Virus genome (UHGV): UHGV-0371537
Direction: 5' to 3' (one strand)
Length of the DNA stretch: 64,000 bases
Source: a virus
Shown here: positions 62,161-64,000 of the stretch, piece by piece
Numbering within the stretch: the stretch's first letter is position 1
Layout: each line of letters opens with the position of its first letter
Position numbers and translations under genes: made by a program
Notes under the pieces: generated by a model
Database searches by the model: none
Seen by the model: the letters and a program-made list of their open reading frames with translations, nothing else
Told to the model about the DNA's origin: nothing

Positions 62161-62307
62161 ATGGTTTCTTAGACAACCTGACCTTGAGGGCTTCAGTTAA
62201 CAAGTCAAGGTGCCATGGCATCGATTCATTGATTTCAAATATGTTATAGCCGTGTAACTTCAATTCATCACACATCACGAAATAGGATAATAAATCAGTT
62301 TCAAACA

Positions 62308-63114
62308 TTAAATGAAAATTTCATTAATGCTATTGAACTCAATAGGATGCTCTTTACCACATTTAGGGCATTTGATTTTGTTCTTGTAGTGGATGCGAGG
62401 AATTTTATGGAAGAAGTTCTTCGTAATATCCTCGATAACATCCGATTCAAGATTGTCTTTTACCCATTCAATGAAAGCGTCTTTGACACGACGACGCTCA
62501 ATAGATTCTTCGGGCGTGATGCCCGGTTCATCCGGGTTCTCTACACGCCATACTTGTCCATCGTCATCATACAGACAATCAATGAAAGTCGCCAGCATTT
62601 CTTCAATGCTAGATGATTCAGACAGAGCCGTGGCATCGGCAAAGGAGGGCTGGCGCATCTTCAGATGATAACCACCCGGCAGGTCAAAGATTTCTTTAAA
62701 CCCTTCCTTCGCTACACACTTGACATTCAGTAGAGGGATAGGCAGCACCAGTTCCTGCTTACAAGGAACCATGGTTTTCTTCTCGATTCCTTCCCCGACG
62801 TCTGTCGTTTCTTCGATTTGGTTGTTGCATTCATAGCGGATTTTCATCAATTCGCCAATAGCGATGCTACGCATGCGGATGAACACTTCTTCAACAACAC
62901 CGATCGGCAGTTTGTTAAACGGTGCCCCGGCTTCAACACAATCTGCAAACAGGCTTTCCATAATCGCAGCACGCTCTTCAACCGGAGTCTGAGGATCCGC
63001 GACCTGTAGCATGAGAGTTTGTTGCCCGGCAGTGAAAGCGCGATATCTGATGACACTCGGCCAAAAATCGCTTTTGAATGTCTTTTCTGTTCTGGGCAAT
63101 GAAGGTAATTTCAT
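62308..63114 (-). CDS. hypothetical protein, possibly baseplate/tail-associated, with C-terminal zinc ribbon
   Basis: 268 aa from ATG 63114 (GGAG RBS 8 nt upstream); C-terminal CPKCGKEH; upstream of gp5-like gene on same strand. Confidence 0.5.
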   Translation of the reverse strand: MKLPSLPRTEKTFKSDFWPSVIRYRAFTAGQQTLMLQVADPQTPVEERAAIMESLFADCVEAGAPFNKLPIGVVEEVFIRMRSIAIGELMKIRYECNNQIEETTDVGEGIEKKTMVPCKQELVLPIPLLNVKCVAKEGFKEIFDLPGGYHLKMRQPSFADATALSESSSIEEMLATFIDCLYDDDGQVWRVENPDEPGITPEESIERRRVKDAFIEWVKDNLESDVIEDITKNFFHKIPRIHYKNKIKCPKCGKEHPIEFNSINEIFI

Positions 63115-63163
63115 AATGTATCTCCATGGTATATTGTAAGGATATTTATAACGAGGAATGAAA

Positions 63164-63688
63164 ATGCGCGGATTCTGTTTTAGCGAAATTGGCAAAGAAC
63201 TGTCGATACAATATCCAGACCCCAATACAGACTTCTTTATTTTCTTGTCTGACTATGCCCAGAAAGAGAATATTAGTCACATTGCGATGAAGTACGAAGA
63301 TTATAAATTTTGTCGATTGGGTGTTAAGGATCTCTTGCGCTTCGGACTGTGTGTCATTATCGTAGATCAAACCTATAGCCCCATTGATGATGAAGAAGTC
63401 CTTCCTGTTTTCGTACATCGCAATATCAACACTCTGGATACACATTTTCCTGGGTGTGTGGTCGTTGGTGAGCTGGTTCCTTATTTCCACCGTTTGCGGA
63501 AGTTGGAACAAATTAAAAGTTATTTTCAAGATGGCGTGGGTCAATATAAGATGAACGTCCTCGGTAGTGGATGGAAAGTGTTGTCAACAGCTGGTGGCAC
63601 CGACTATATCAAAATGCGGGTCTATGGTTATGACGTGGACCGCGATTATGAACTGGAGAAAAGTAATGCAAAAAGAAAACGCCGTTGA
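63164..63688 (+). CDS. hypothetical protein
   Basis: 174 aa, divergent from the minus-strand gene at 63114; GAGGA RBS. Confidence 0.45.
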   Translation: MRGFCFSEIGKELSIQYPDPNTDFFIFLSDYAQKENISHIAMKYEDYKFCRLGVKDLLRFGLCVIIVDQTYSPIDDEEVLPVFVHRNINTLDTHFPGCVVVGELVPYFHRLRKLEQIKSYFQDGVGQYKMNVLGSGWKVLSTAGGTDYIKMRVYGYDVDRDYELEKSNAKRKRR

Positions 63689-64000
63689 ACGTACTCCTAT
63701 TGAGGAAGTACAACAATATGTGTTGGATCTGTTGAAACACACCGTATCCGACGCCGACGGTAAAGTACCGGATGAGTTTGTCGGTGCATTCGAAGAAGTC
63801 GCTCACGATACCGAAGGTGTTCCTCTGATCCAGACGATTGGTGGCCTGTTAATGTTTGATGAAAAAGCACTGGCTGATGGCGCTGTGCTGTACTCTGCAA
63901 ACATTGGGGTTGATGGTGAGTCATTGTCTATCGAAGTGTGTAACCTCGCCAAGTACCTGCTGCAATGCGGCTATGATCTGCGTGTCGTTACAGCTCATTA
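63666..64000 (+). CDS. hypothetical protein, 3'-truncated by window end
   Basis: Open frame from ATG 63666 (GGAG RBS) to the last base, about 111 codons, no stop. Confidence 0.4.
   Translation, partial: MQKENAVERTPIEEVQQYVLDLLKHTVSDADGKVPDEFVGAFEEVAHDTEGVPLIQTIGGLLMFDEKALADGAVLYSANIGVDGESLSIEVCNLAKYLLQCGYDLRVVTAH

Noticed and set aside
1-64000. tRNA genes, rRNA and CRISPR arrays
   Set aside because: No cloverleaf-compatible sequences (for example GTTCGAATC-type T-arms) in intergenic regions and no direct-repeat/spacer arrays; not checked with tRNAscan.

Overview
This window reads as a contiguous 64-kb segment of a T4-like myovirus genome (possible hosts enterobacterial by codon usage, unverified). 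Coding is dense and mostly on the + strand, with a few minus-strand genes. Identity rests on my own recall-based alignment to T4 proteins (gp23, UvsW, RegA, gp44, gp61 primase, gp25); no database search was run, so all calls need confirmation. Recognisable modules: head morphogenesis in T4 order (portal, two small core proteins, gp21 protease, gp22 scaffold, gp23 capsid; 22-5161); recombination/replication (UvsY, PD-(D/E)XK nuclease, UvsW, gp45, gp44/gp62, RegA, Fe-S DinG-like helicase, RNase HI, gp55, gp47/gp46, gp61); nucleotide metabolism (NrdA, NrdB, glutaredoxin); PhoH; a modular endolysin; minus-strand baseplate genes (gp25, gp5-like spike with CHAP domain); and four free-standing homing endonucleases. 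The most notable content is an accessory region at about 21.4-35.2 kb: a PRPP-synthetase-like gene overlapping a NAMPT-like gene with no NMNAT nearby (consistent with a phage NAD+ reconstitution cassette of the NARP1 type), a large vWA protein, an acyl-carrier-protein-like gene whose phosphopantetheine-acceptor serine is replaced by glutamate, and a run of secreted and lipoprotein genes. Regulatory signals I could read include five early-type promoters (TTTACT-N16/17-TATACT or TATTAT), a recurrent CTAAATACC element before late-type genes, and many rho-independent terminators. I found no tRNA, rRNA or CRISPR array. CDS starts are adjusted from the ORF track by RBS context and are approximate.
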